A DNA stretch of 43,981 nt, the filler included, from Sphacelaria rigidula (taxonomy: Eukaryota): the NCBI GenBank assembly GCA_964200075.2. It is 2 parts of 2 records of this genome, joined end to end, with 100 filler letters (N's around TTAATTAATTAA, not from the genome) between each part and the next. Parts side by side here need not be neighbours in the genome. Positions count along the whole stretch, not along the records: positions 1 to 21,943 come from CAXNAA020000373.1; positions 22,044 to 43,981 come from CAXNAA020000374.1. One strand, written 5' to 3'. Each line of letters begins with the position of its first letter. The stretch's first letter is position 1. Made by a program: the position numbers and the translations under genes. Positions 20,450-34,500 of this stretch are shown here, one piece after another. Under the pieces are notes generated by a model. That model worked only from the letters and a program-made list of their open reading frames with translations, searched no databases and was not told where the DNA came from.

Positions 20450-22880
20450 GAATATTTTCGTATTTGGACTGGGAACTGTTTCTCGAGTGATCTCACCTCA
20501 TCGTGGCCGCTGAATTCCCTGTTCTGCCGGGCCCCGTTGGCCACACAGTATCGTGTAGTCGCCATGAGGGAGGCACGTAATGTTTGTTAGGGCCCCGCCT
20601 CGATCAGGAAATGCGTCCCGATCCTTGACAGGCTCGAGCTCTTTCCCCCGGCATAGCTAGTGACAAAACGGAACACGGGAAAATGCCCCATGCACCTGGG
20701 CCTCGAATCAAGGTTGTAAACAAAGTCAGCCTAGAAGCTGCGATGGTTGCATCCCCCCTTGTCATCCTGAAGCGCGCACGCTGCTTTCCTCGTTTAAGTT
20801 TCGCGATCTAGCTGAAGCACTAGAGGTCGTATCGTACGCTGGGCTATTGTCGTAGGATATAACTCCACCTGGTTTATCCGCTGGAGCTCGGTAACAAGCG
20901 TAGTACTGGTGCTCTCGAGTTGGTCACGGATTTCAGTCTGACCGGTCGTGTACCTTCTATCCACTCTCTGTCCAGACCAGTACAGCTAACTGCGACAGAA
21001 AAATAATCATGTCAAGGTGTGTATTCAGGGCAACGGTCGTCAGCTGTGCTAACATGTGTGTCTGCTGGTGATCATCGAGTGTCTTCACCATGTTCCCGAA
21101 ATAATTCATCCGCTCGGTGTGCGGTTTGGTTCTACGGTGTCATCCACATTCCTCGTTGTCTCATTTGAAGGAAGTCGCATGTTCTCGATATCTTGGATCA
21201 GCCCAGGTCACCACCGATTTCATCAACGGAGATCTGCGCCCCTAAGTCATATCGCGCTCGTGCAATCTTCGAGCGCCTCTACGGACTTGCTCGCTGCTTA
21301 AGACATGTTGTTTATTCAGCCGATCCCTTTCAACCTTTTAATCCTGTCGAACTCAGAGACACGCAGTCGGTACCTGTGAACACATCATTCGCCATGGTCG
21401 ACGTTCACATTCGGTGCTGCCATTTGTTGTCCCGTGGGTCCCACAGAAACTGTATCATCACACAGTCGTTCTTGACCGTGGCATTTCGGCAGGATGCTCT
21501 TCTCGGGCGGAAAAACTTGATCTGTTGCGCCACCACATATATCCCGTTATTGTTTCGGCCTCCCACGACGTGAAGAGTAGGGTGGACCACAGGACACTAG
21601 AGTATCTCCATAAGGGTTTCGCACATGTCGACCGTAACCGCGTTTGGGGCGCCCTTTGCGTGATACTTGTGCATGAACATCCAAGGAATGTCCGCAGGCG
21701 AACGACTGATGACGCTCGTCATTTTTTTCCGCCCCTATTTCTCGCATACCTCAAGTTACCGAAATATCAAAATATCCCCCCTTCTTTGCACACGGTACAT
21801 CTCACTCATTGGGTGGAGTTAGTCCTGTTGTCCTTGGGTTGCAAGGATTTTCCCAGTAAAGTCAGGAGAATCGAGTCATCCTACGATAGGGGGGGGGTAT
21901 TTTGGGCCATTTGTTGCTCGAAATTTCGAGTCAGATCGTCGTTNNNNNNNNNNNNNNNNNNNNNNNNNNNNNNNNNNNNNNNNNNNNTTAATTAATTAAN
22001 NNNNNNNNNNNNNNNNNNNNNNNNNNNNNNNNNNNNNNNNNNNATCGCTGCACCCGACGAACACAGAGGGAACAGTGGTATGATGTGCCGTGATGTGTAT
22101 TCCAGGGTGTGTGTTGTTTTCTTTGATGTGTCACTGGCGCAGTCACCGGCGCAGCACACAACAACAATCATCACCGTCGTTGCACCCTGCAAGCAAGTCT
22201 GAAAGGAGATCACGGCGGCGGGGCGAGTACTTCTCGACTCTTGTGACTCACCTTCCTCCGACCTGCTGTACGTCTTCGGGGAGCTTCAGTGCTGCAAGTT
22301 CCACTTGGCGCAATGTGCTCCAGATATTCTCCCGGAGAAGTACTGCACCGTTTACTGTTGTTAGCTCACCTGGTGAAGTGCCCGTGTACACTGGCATCTT
22401 GGAGGTGTTTGCAATGCGACTGCAAACCCGCTCGTTCACCTTAGCCGATTGATTGGCTTCGGCCCCTTCGACCCCTTCATCTCGTTTCTCAATGCTTCCC
22501 TCAGTCCCTTGTCTGTCCCGGTTTGACTGATTGCCACGGTTCGTTCTGGGACGGCTCGTGGAGTGGTATGTCACGCGGGGCAGAGTGCGGCGAGGGAATG
22601 CGGAGCGAGAGCGCGAGGGTCGGGGGGAGCTACAGCGAGAACTACAAGAGTTCCGCGATGTAGAGCGGCGGCGTGATATAGAGCGACGGCGATACAAACG
22701 AGAGCGGGAGCGAGAGTCGCGGGAATCGGAACGGCTTCGGTGTGCCGAGGAGAATCCGTAATAGGAGCGGCGTCTATCGTCACGCCTTACTCGTCCCTCA
22801 CGGCGTTCAGCCCCCCTGCCAGACATTTTTCGATGTTTCGAATGCGCTGTACTTACCAACAGCGATGCAGCGAAATGCAA
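20450..22880 (-). mobile_element. Highly decayed Ty3/Gypsy-like LTR retrotransposon (gag-like ORF plus RT/RNase H relics), interrupted by an assembly gap
   Basis: Remnants appear in pol order on -: PPYSS...NNNG...NATVKND, WDPRDNKWQ, NVDD (about 21140), EGTRP, GDATIAA, THFLIE. Upstream is an R/S-rich ORF (22248-22880) with gag-like KMPVYTG. There are many stops and frameshifts and no LTR was found. Confidence 0.5.
21944..22043. other. Artificial scaffold linker N44-TTAATTAATTAA-N44
   Basis: Exactly 100 nt; the central 12-mer places stops in all six frames. Confidence 0.97.
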
Positions 22881-24783
22881 AGAGCAACAGAGCTGCGTAA
22901 CCGCAGCAGCTGTCTGGAGCGGGTCCTAGCTGCTGTCTGGAACTGATGCCCCGAAACACCCCGAAGTAATTGTAGCGCGCTCGATCAAATGTTTCGGATG
23001 AACTCGTTCGTTTTCTCGTGCGACCGTATTTTTTATTTCAGTCAATCATGTCGGCCGAGTCATAGAACTTTTGCTCTGGAGGTCAACAGCGTTTTGATGA
23101 GCTCGTTCAAGATGAGAAATTGCTGCGCATGCTGATGAATTCGCGCTGATGGGTCACCCGTGCAGAAAGCCGTTGCTGGCGCTCTGTTCGGGCGGTTTGT
23201 AACAAAGTGCAACGTGGCGGAAAAACGGCGCAACGCGAGACGCCGACGGGACAACGCAGTCTACGTTGTCCATGCTTACTTTCTACTGTTCAGTGTACTT
23301 TACCATGATTGAGACAATCCGAAAAGAGAGTGCAAGAAACCACAAGCTGCATACCATGGTGCACTGTTTTTGCTACTGAAACCCATGAGTGACATACAGC
23401 TGTGAACTAGCGCGCTCTGTCTGCTTCACACTTATTGGAAGAAAGGCTATGTTGCAGTTTGGATTTGCTTCACATTTGTGACAGGCACATTATCTACAAT
23501 ATATAAATGAAGTGACGTGTCAGCACGCCGAAAGAAAAAACTCCCCAAAAAAAACTTTGTGTTGGGGCATGCCATTTGTTTTGGGAGCATGCCGGGGTTG
23601 ACTCTACACAAGTACGCATTGGGCACCACGACATGGCTCGATACTTATCGTCTAGGGGTGTAAGGTGCCAGTTCGTGGGCACCAGGGCCGTTGCACCTGA
23701 AGACACACAAGTGTATCGATCCGTCGAGCTTGACCTTACCAAGTGCGGAGTCAGCCGAAGTTCGCGACGTCGGGCGGCATACGCGTGAGCAGCTCAGATG
23801 ACAGAACAACGTCTGTTGCATGGAAGTCAGGCGTACATTGTTAGAATAACAGAGACCCCTCTGATATCGCAGTCCGTGATGGCGTAGGTGCTTCTTGTAT
23901 TATTGGCAATATGCTAGTAGCTGCTAATCGTGGTTTGAGATGGGCTCCCAAAGAATGCGGGAGCTCGGGGTCAACATCCCCTAGAAACGAAGCAGACTAA
24001 AAAAATGGCACATGACCTGTAGGACTAGACATGGCAAAAGTATGACACTTGGAGTCTACTCGACTGGAGAACAACCAATGAATCCGGAACAGGTCTCTAC
24101 AAGTGTTCGATCTCTCTCTCACACACATCCCAGCTGGCCTGTGAGACACGCTCTTGTGGTCGGGCGCCTAGATGGTCACAAGTCGGGTAAAATCGACGAT
24201 GAGTATTACTCCCAGTTTCAAATTGGATATAATCTTATAGCCGCAGCACCGCTCTTGCTGGCATGTGTATGACAGAGGACAGTAGTAGCGGTAACGGGAA
24301 CATTGCCCTGCTTTTCAACATGTTTTTCAGCGCACAGAGGCGCGTCCTGTCCAAAAAGAGAGGCAGACACAAATCGATCTTCGCATTGGTGAGCTCCAGA
24401 GACAAAAAGAGACGAAATCTCTCCGCACCTCGATGTTCTTCCGGGGGCTATGCGTAGCAACATAATAACATGCGTACCGGCACATGGAAAATCGGGAACA
24501 TGCTGGTAAGATCGATGATGCCAGTCTCGCGAGCGATTGGTAATCGCCGAGCGAGGACACACAAAAGGACACGAGCGAGGAGTTGCCATTAGTCGACTGT
24601 AAATATCCAACAATGTTGCTTTTTGCTTTTCTTGCTTCTGGTTATCAAGCTGTACGCGAGTACTATGCTCAAACGTGTGTTCAATCACCTATAAGTCAGG
24701 TCTGCTTTTGGCTAGTCGGCCGAAAATCTGCTTCGGCCGTGCGATGTCTCTTCCTCAAATCTACTGCGATGCGCCTTACCGCA

Positions 24784-24975
24784 CTGAAGCTGACTATACG
24801 CGTAATTACTGCTGCTGTTCTTTCTCAAATGTATTAGACCCTAACTGCGTAACTCTCTGAAGCTGGCTAAACCCGCAATTACTGCTGCTGTTCTTTCTCA
24901 AATGTATTAGACGCTAAGTGCGTAACTCTCTGAAGCTGGCTAAACGCGCAATTACTGCTGCTGTTCTTGCTCAAA
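24784..24975. repeat. Tandem repeat, 73-bp unit, about 2.6 copies
   Basis: ctgaagctg at 24784, 24857 and 24930; each unit contains aattactgctgctgttctt. Confidence 0.95.
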
Positions 24976-26454
24976 CTTACTTTGTTCCCTGCTACCTGGC
25001 TGCAATCGATCCGTTCCAAATCGCTGGCGTAATGAAACGAGGGAGTCCTCTTAGAGGACGTGCTCTCAACAGAGGGGAATGTGCAGCAACTCTTCTTGTA
25101 TTAATATCTCATAATACCCTTCACTCACCAAACGTCAACCGTGCAAGGTCCCCCAGAGCTGTTCTCGCCCCAAAATGCAACATACAGACAGAAAAAAACA
25201 ACTGAAAGCAAGCAGGCATGACTACACCGTGGGTTCCCTTATATGTGATACATCCAGTCATAATACAATACCCGGTACCCTTGATATACCATCAATCTGC
25301 CCCTTATATAGCCGAATTAGTCCAAGTTCATATGTACTGGTATTCAGCTCGGCAACATTCTAACACGTATCAAGAGATCTTGAAAAATCTCGAACGTATG
25401 TGTAGCAAAAACCTAAAAAAACAAAAGAGGTGTCTATTATCATAGACAACGGGGCCAAGTCGCGGGTTTCGACCTGGACGCTGCACACCTGACCCCCATT
25501 TCTTCGGGGCAGAACATAGCATACAGTGACATTCGCCGATTGCGAAAGCAATCGAAAAATGTTGACATGCGAGAGACAAAGTATAAGTCGCAATTGAGAG
25601 CAAAATGAGGACGGCGTGGGACGAGGCAACATGAAGTTTGTCCCCCTGCTTTGAAGTCCATCACCCCGTCGCGGGGACAAGGCTTGTGGTGTTGCGAAGG
25701 ACTGGTACTCTAGTAATACAATGCTTCATTCATACCTAAGGCAACTTGCAAAAATGTTCGGAATCATCAGTGGTATTGCAAACAATTCAGCGAGTTTACA
25801 TCCACCTCGAAAATGTGTCCAATACATCAGGAGTTCACCAGAACGCCGAAACCCCATGAAAAATAATCAAGTAACAGGAATAAACCATCCGGCAAACACA
25901 ACGCAAAACCCTGAGCCCTCACGGTCATGTGAGTGCAGAATACGACAAACCAACAGCACTTACGTGCCGTTATGGCAACACCAAGTGTGACAAAATTTGA
26001 CCAGACAAACGAGAAGACAAGACGTACTCGTAGTACACACGTATAGAACGGTTTTCACAAGGCAGACGACTCCTTGAACAGAGATATAGGAGAGTACTCG
26101 GGATGACTACAAATACGAGGCATGACCATACCCCTTTTGGGGCCAACACCGGCATCAAAATTACATGCGACGGTTTTTCTTCAGGCATCAACGACTACTT
26201 TAGACCTCCCATTCATTCCACTCAGTGTTACACGAATCAAGACCTCACTCACATTTTGTACAAATCACATTTTTTGCAAACCGTGTGATTGGTTCGTGCA
26301 ACATTTGAACACGCGCGACAAGCCTTGATTTTATTTGTCCGCCGCTTGCAATTTTTCAACGAACTCCTCTCAAAAGCAGACAAAAATGAAGGGTCTTCCA
26401 CAAAGAGTGCGACAAAGTCCAGCTGGCAGTCTGATTTCGCACAGGAGGGTGCTC

Positions 26455-26580
26455 TTACGCCGACGCCTTTGAAGAGGAGGTGACCCATTCCTTCGGTAGT
26501 GGGACGCCCAAAAGCTCCTCTAGGGCAGCGTTTTGCGGCGCGTAAAACTCTTCCAAACGTCGCCGTAACTCAGGCGTTAC
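26455..26580 (-). CDS. Sulfotransferase last exon
   Basis: acag acceptor; VTPELRRRLEEFYAPQNAALEELLGVPLPKEW...TAA. Confidence 0.92.
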   Translation of the reverse strand, partial: VTPELRRRLEEFYAPQNAALEELLGVPLPKEWVTSSSKASA

Positions 26581-28466
26581 CTGTGAGAGGACGCACGGAA
26601 AATCGATTATGTACAATACTCGCGCAGAAGAGGATGGCATCGAAGTTAAATCCGGCGAGACTGGATTATGGCATATAAACGTGAACCGTGTTCACGCTCT
26701 CGACGCAAGTCGATCGCATGCGCAGCGCGTGGTGAAAGGCAAAAGCGTTCATTACTCGACAGTTCGAGATGATTCAGCCAAAGAGGCGGCAGGAGGTATG
26801 AGCCAGTGTGTGTGGGAGGGATCTACACCCCACGAATTCAGCTTAGATGCCATCAGACTTCGAAGCGAAGTTGGATCATGTGCTGAGGCTTCTTTACTGA
26901 ACTCGGGGTAGTAGGGATGTCCAGCGTTTTGAGAGATTGACGCGTGTTGACCGTGAGTACGAGAATTCAGCAATGTGTCCACACTGACATCTGCGCGCTA
27001 GGTAACTCCTGTGCCTGCTAGTACAGGGGACTTCCCCGCCGATCTGGACGGCATTCGTTATTGCCTCTACCCCCTCCCTTCCCCTCTCCCGAAAAAAAAA
27101 AGCAAAATTGTGGTCGAGTTAGATCGTATCGTGCGGGTTGGAGAACCTCAACTCCGAGGGTGGGGGGTGATCGTACTTTGAATGGCGAGACACGCATAAG
27201 GCGGTGTAAATCGTGGCTGTCTCTGGAAGTGGCAATACCAGGAAAGGAAGCGAAGAATTAGGAGGTTACAATCTACATGCAAGAGTATTAGCACGCTTCG
27301 AGCCGAAAAGTCTCAGCAGGTGGAAGATCACCGAACATATCATGGCCCCTTGCACTTGGTGATCGCGAGCGTGGTCCGGCGAAAACCCGGCGTGCTCCGT
27401 CCCGACTTTGAAGGGGTGCGAGGTCCATGGTACACGGCTTCGGCATGCAAGAACATGAGTACGCCCCCTCTTCTCACCGAAAAAACTCCAACAAAATGGG
27501 GGGAACGGGAGACACACGTCACGCTGTGCTTTGTCAGAAGATTTGTATACCGTGAAACATATCAAAATGTGTGTATGTGTGTGTTATCAGATATCGTGCA
27601 CTCGCCTGACCGGCAAGAGCATTCTTCTTCATTTGGTCCCCCTCGTTGTGGCTCGTCGACACCACCTTCTTCCACGCTTCCAAGCTTGGCAGTCCCTGGG
27701 TCGACCGACGATGTACAGATGCGGTTGGCAATGGCGGATGGTTTCATTTTCATGATCGACCAATGGAAGCCTGCCCTGTCAAAAACTAGTGTTTAACCCT
27801 TTTTGGTCCTGGAAATGGAAAAGTGTGGATTTCGAGGTGCTGTTTTTTTAACGACGTATGGTTGAGTATTTACAGCTTTCACGCAAAACAATCAGCCCGA
27901 GGCGTCTTTTGCAGACCTGTATAAATATGTGCCTCAGACGCAGTTGGCTTTATTTCTTTTCCGACGATCACTTACTCGATGCAGCATCAGCATCATCGAG
28001 CTTCAGCACAACAACAAAAGCTTGTGCACAAGGGGATACATTCTCAACGGAAGCTTGTGCCGTGTGGGGACTTGCAATAAACGATAACCTATAATAGGAG
28101 AACGTCGGCGAAGTTCACCGCGGCATTTCTTGCTATTCGAGACTAACCACCCTTTGCTGTTGTTTTCACCACGCTGCTTAATGCAGCTCCGCCCGACAAG
28201 TTCGTCAAGCTAACTTTGTATTTTTCCAGCAACCACATAGCTTTCCATCCTGTTCTTCTCCTTGGTACCTTCTTCCCTTCCTCGTCGATGAAGTCCATGC
28301 CAAGGAAGGAAAAGATGCTCTTCAGCGTGCCTATCGGATCCGCAGCCACGTCTTCAAGAAAGACAACCTTTTCGGAACAACAGGCACATAAGAGACAGGG
28401 ATTGATCGATCGACACATCGGGTTATCATACATCGACAGATCCCCAAGGGATCCAGCCGTGCATGT

Positions 28467-28522
<56 letters not shown>

Positions 28523-31500
28523 CTGTTGAAACAGGAGGAGAAAAAACGGACATGCTCGTCTTCAAAATGATGAATATTTGTCGACGAGAAGAGGCAAAAA
28601 AACAGTATTTGGGAAGCCCCCAAGTCAGGATCAGAGAACCGCTGATGTCACAACCCCGTTGAGCACCTGCAGATGGCCAGTAATGACCGGTAGTCGTCAA
28701 GAGGGAGTTGAAAAATGATGCCGGTTCAACAGAAGAACACACCCGGCGATCCAACAGTCAATTACTCCCTCTCCGAATCAGGCCATCCAAACATTTGACC
28801 AACAACCAGGCAAACGTGGACAGAGAAGCGCGGCTAGATGGCGGACAGGGAGTGGCTCTCTGACCTCAAGTCCTACAAGTTCATCGCGTGAGAACCCTTG
28901 CCAAAGCAAACGACGCTTTCCCTCTCTCCACCGGCTGAGTTACGTCAGCGATACGACGGAACGGGTTGGTCGCCTCCTTTCCCCCTATATTTCGCTCCAC
29001 GCGGGGATTGGGTATGCATTCTCGACAGTGTGCGCGTTCGCACCCAGATGCGTATGCACCATAAATGATGACCATATTTCGAGAAAGGCGAGTTTTACCC
29101 CTGCTCGGCGCAAAAAAGCGATAGCTGAAACAAGCCTTGTTCTCGTCAAGTCAAAAATCATAGCGCTGTGAGAGCCAGACGTCGACTGTGCATGTGTTTC
29201 ATTCGTTTACTTTCTTGAAACATATACCACAACGAACTGTGCAGTATGGAAAGATGAATACATCAAGATTCGACTTTGAATACACATTTTGACCTCCTTT
29301 GTCACGATAACCGTTACATTCGACTCCTTAAAGATCCAAGTCTTGAGGGAAGCCAACCCTCCCCCCCTCCCCCCGTTACCCCCTTCCCTCACTTTTTCCA
29401 GCCAAGGAATAATCCACATATCTCTTTCCGACTCTGATCTACAGTTGTGTATTTGCATTTCAATGAACATAGCAATAAACCATCATACTACCCTAATGCA
29501 AAAAGTAGACCTTCACTCCACGACATCCATATCTTACCAAGGTATGACACAATCTGGTTGTATGGGTTTTTCTTGGGAGCGGGGGGAATGCATTCTGGAT
29601 AACAGCTTCTAAGTATAGTCTCGCAAAATCAGCACGGCACGAGAGGGAGCAACGAGCATCAGAGGGGGGGAATGAGCAACCTCATTTTGCAGAGAAAATG
29701 CTGGTCGAAGTTCGTCAGATTTCAAATCATCAACATTTCTTTTTAATAAGTGCTACCGAATAAAGAGCGCCCGCACCCTCGCCCCCAACCATACCATACC
29801 ACACCACACCACACCACACAGCGATTAGTCCCGACTGTCGTTTGTTGTTCCTCTGTTTGCAGTCGTTCAAGAAAGACACCACGTCAGGAACTCTGACTGC
29901 GCATTCACCTTCATGTTTTCATGTCCGAACAGAGTGAACCATCTCCTGAGCTGAACTGCGTACAAACCCTTCGCCACGTGGGCAACGAGAAGGCGAGGTC
30001 CGAGAAAATCAGTAGGTTTGCACCTGAGGGAAAGTGAAGAGACGAAAAAGAATACAAGCAGACAATCCACAAATGATGGCGTCGTGTACACACGGCAAGC
30101 GGACATGAGAGCGGACAGATTTTGATATCAAAGAAAAATATACACAGACCGTCTAGGATAGTCGTACTTTGTAGTACCATATGCATAAAAAAGGGGCACA
30201 CTGAGGAGTGCTACAATTATCGTTGCTGGCATGCTGCACGTAATAATTGGACATATGTGCATCTGTCCCCCAGAAAAATCCAGTTAACGATCTGATGAAA
30301 GATAAACGGGCATGAGGTCACTCATTCGGGAAGTGATAGAGGTTGTTGATGCCATTTCTTTACTTCGCTGTTAGAAGCCAAGAACAAGAAGCATTAGACA
30401 TGAGATGAGGTGCACTGTGTCGAGAGATGTTTCCATCGAGGTGACCGGTCCCGGTCGACTGTTTGCATGCCCTTCCATTCTCTCTCGCCCCAAACCCCCC
30501 ACCTCAGCCAGCTCGCCCTTTCGTTACAGGCTATCAACTATCGCTGCCGGTTTCTTTCTTGGAAGATTCCTCACGTTGTATTGCCATCGCATTTTTCTCA
30601 CGCCTCTACTTGTGCTGGAGTGAGTATATTCTCGGTTCTGCTCTTGATACCGCACACTGCTGTCATCTGTACTGCTTCCAGCTGCTTCGCCAGTTTCTAG
30701 TGTACTCCAGTATCTTCCCTATCTGATTCGGCAACGCTCCTGGCCTTTTTTAAATCCCCATGAAATCATCCGCGAACATCAATTCCGATACCTACCCCCA
30801 CCTTGACTACTTGCTGTGCTGTTCCTACTGCTGCCATCATGGTATTAATTAATTCCTCGAATGCGGTGGATGATGATGTACATCCTTGTACAAGCCCTTG
30901 TGCGTGTTTTCGACCCCTCCCCCCCCCCTTCCCCCCGTCCTCCTCTATGGAAGGATCACACATGGGCATAGTGTGACCTACGTTCGAGTTCCTGTACAGC
31001 ACAAAATAATGCTCCTGGAAAAAATTCCGAAATGCCTTGCGGTGAGAAGGTCACCTTCCACTCCAAATAGTGTTTTCGTGAGATTAAGAATAGAGGATAC
31101 CATAAGAGTGAAAAGCGGTCAATGAATGAGTCATTTCAGTTCCGAAATGACCCTCGACGAGGTTTGACACCCTGTCTGTAGTAGCTTACCACTGAAGCCC
31201 TTGGCATCCCTGAGTAGGATATGGACGTGTAGCTGTAAGCACACGCCCGTGTTACAAGTAAAGAAAAGCACAATCAAAATGAAGAACTGCATCAAGTTAA
31301 AGCGAATGACAAAACCCACTTTCAATCTCACGAAAACGTCGTTTCCATCTGGGTCTATTTGACTGGTTTTACGGTAGGGGTGCGCATAATGTTTCTGAGG
31401 CTCTGCACTTTGGGAGCCTCACGATAAACATCTGGGCCTTATGAAAGTGTGCAGCCCCAGAAAACGTTTGGACTGAAACGTGCACCCCTTCTGCAGAATC

Positions 31501-34500
31501 TCTCACTTGGAGGGAAAATGGAGTAAGATCACGCGTGTGAGAGAACGTATTTAGTTCCCTGCGCTTGTTATCGCTAGCCGCCTTTCCGCACGAAATAAAT
31601 AGAACGTCAGACCACGTTGAACTAAGAAATGCCGATGAACTGAAAATAACGACTTCAGCCGGAACAGAAAATGGACGATCTGTAATTAATGCTTTCCACG
31701 TTTTCATGCGAAAAAAAAAACAGATACACAAACACCTCCCGATACCACACGGGGGGTAACAAAAGCGAAAAAAGAAACGATTCATTAGGAGAACAGGCTA
31801 CTTTACTGAAGAATGAATGCCGGATAATACTTCCAAACAGAGGCAGAAACATCCCTCTTCAAGCACGGGGAGAAAAATAAAGCAAGAAACAATCCCACCA
31901 AATATAAATCTCCCTCATTTCTCATCTGACAAACAACCTCAATTTCCTCATTTTTTCTTCTCCCTCCGCTAAATAAAGGTACAAAGAATAAGGGTTGAGT
32001 ACGGAAGTACAGTAGTGTAACGAAAATCCTCATCACTTACCTTCCTGACTAGCCCACTAGATCACCCTCTCACCTACCTCAACGAACCCAACGTCTGAAG
32101 AGACTATCGCAAAGTCTCCTGCTTGCATGCATTTCTACCTTACAGGACAAGGGCTAGGTGAAAGAGAGTAGTAAAACGGACCAGGGCTCGACAATGTGTC
32201 TCTTGTGGGAGCTTTGTTGCACTCCCCTTCGTCTTTCCCTCCCGCCCAACCCTGCTTACTTGATAAAATCCAGCTTCGAAAGATTCCGCCGAGCTTTCGA
32301 CTCGCTGACACCTTGCAAGTCAAAATGCTCGCTGCCGTCCTCCCCCGCGTCATCGTTGCCCATAGCCATCTCCGACTCAGCCCGATCAATGCAGTCCAAG
32401 AGACGATTCGATCTTTGCAAGCCTTCCTCGACAGCCTCTTCGAAGACGCGTTGCTCCTGCCGACCGGTCTTTTGGTAAGGAAACGTCGGGTCCACGCGAT
32501 GCACTGTTCAATTGTCGGGAAAGCACGGAGCGAGGAGGAGGGAAGAGGGGGGTGTACTCATGATCATGCATGCTATAGTCACAAGACCATTAACCTCGCA
32601 TCCTTACAAAGCCGGGGCGGAGCACGCCGGGTTTTCGCCGGATCAGGCTTGCATTGAGTGATGCTACGGTAGGGGTGCAGAAATATTTTCCGAGGTTACA
32701 ATTGTTAGGAGCCCTATATCTCATGCAAAACACGACCTACGAAAATATGTGAAAGTACGCCAGGATTACGTTTCCGATGTGCTAGAGATATCCCGAATAA
32801 ATTTGCAAGTGGGGATGGCCTGATCCATATTTTCGTGCATCTAGAATCGTGAGGAGCCCCTGAACTAGACATAATTTCGCGAAAAAAGTGCCCCCCTACC
32901 GTAGCATTGCTCCATTCCATCACCAAGCGCGAAGCGCCGTGGTGTGTTCGGCGAGTCGTATGGAGGGTGAGGGGTGAGCGGCATCCTGCTAAGGTTGATC
33001 CTGCTAAGGTTGTTCGGCCCGAAGCCCACTGATTATCTAGCATTTGAATGACAGCCTACAATGAGTTGCTTTATTTTCTGGTATCGCCACTTCCTGAGAC
33101 AGTCACGGCTTATACACTGCCTTGGCTCCTTCCTTTGCTGCTGCTGCTGCTGCTGCTACTGCTACCATCATGTTATTAATGAATACATTGAAAAACGTGG
33201 GTGATACAGCAAGGTACACATCTTCGTGCAACTCCTTGTAGAATGCAAATATACTTCGATATGTCTCCATCCAACATCGTAGCACTTCTCGCACGTCCTG
33301 TTATCTTTTTCGCCATTTTCCACATGTTCTCATCCCAGTTTGCCACATAATGTTTCACAACCCATTTCTTCATGCTGTGTCATGGGCCTCCTGCACGTCT
33401 AGGTCGAGGCATCGCGTTGCTAGTCCCGCGTCTTCCTTACCGTGAACGTTTTTATCCGATGTGTACACATGGTCTGCGCATCTACGGTTTGGCCTAGGAG
33501 TCCTGCTTGCCCTTCACTGATGCTCTCTGCCCCCTCCAGTGCTATTCTTCATTTTGCCTTTGAGATCCTAGAGAAGTCTCTCTTTCGCCTACGGTGCTCA
33601 GTAGCGCTGTCCCTATACAATTCCCTCGGTCATCGTCATCTTTTTTTTTGGACAGAAATTACAATTACTTCTCTCCTCTCCGTGGGTATTTACTCGTTCC
33701 CCAAGATTCACCTACACATCATAGCCATCATGGCGAATCATTGCCGTTCCCCCGTACCTTCATGGATCCATTCACTATTTCGTACACCACCGTTGCCTCT
33801 ATTCTCGAGCATAGTTACACACTCTTTCACTTTTCTTTTCCCTTTAGTATATGAACGAACTCACCCCTACCTTTCTGTTTTTTTCACTGTTCTCCAGCGA
33901 GTATCCCCACCTCGCTTACCTCGGGTACGTCGGAGCAATGCGGGTTCACTTTCGGGTACATGCATTCCGGTTGTTTTCCCGAGATGTGTTTAACTTTCCA
34001 TCGTTGAAAATGCGAGGGCGTGAGAAGAAAATGAAGGTTGTTGGATGAGCGCCAACGGGGCTGGCCGTCTGGGGAGGACGGGGGGGTGCCGACCCGATCC
34101 TGCGATGCTACACCGAAATGTACGGCGTGTACCGGGGGAAAGACGACCTCACACGCCTTGATACCACGGAATCGTAGCGACGAAGGGGAGCGTTGAAAGT
34201 GTGACATGAAGAAAAAACCTACAGAACTACGTCGTATATGTTGGCATTTCTCAATTTTTAATTGTTTCACCGGGTAGGAGTCCGTCGGGATTCTCCCTTC
34301 TCGTGTCCTGTTCTATACATCAACCTGGTGGCGCTTTCGTTCTTTTTTTTTCTTCCTTACCCTTTTTTTCCCTCTCTTTTCTTTGTTTCTTCATTTTTCT
34401 CCGTTTTTTTCTCTCCCCTCGACTTCCATCTTACCAATTTGAGTGCTACTTCTTAAGCGAGTCGTTCCTTGGAACTAACGTCGATTAGGTACGCCCATGT

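Noticed and set aside
24218-24688. hAT dimerisation-domain relic
   Set aside because: The resemblance (IAPGRTSRCGEISSLF versus PxSSAxxERxFS) is too weak to support by eye.
24784-24975. CRISPR array or coding repeat
   Set aside because: The units are near-identical over their whole 73 bp with no unique spacers, and the period is not a multiple of 3.
28143-28754. 203-aa and 148-aa overlapping ORFs as genes
   Set aside because: They are kept open by the (AG)n microsatellite; only 28269-28367 is a credible exon.
30400-33870. One LINE split by a sulfotransferase exon
   Set aside because: Both fragments contain the QG...INxMM segment, so they are independent insertions.
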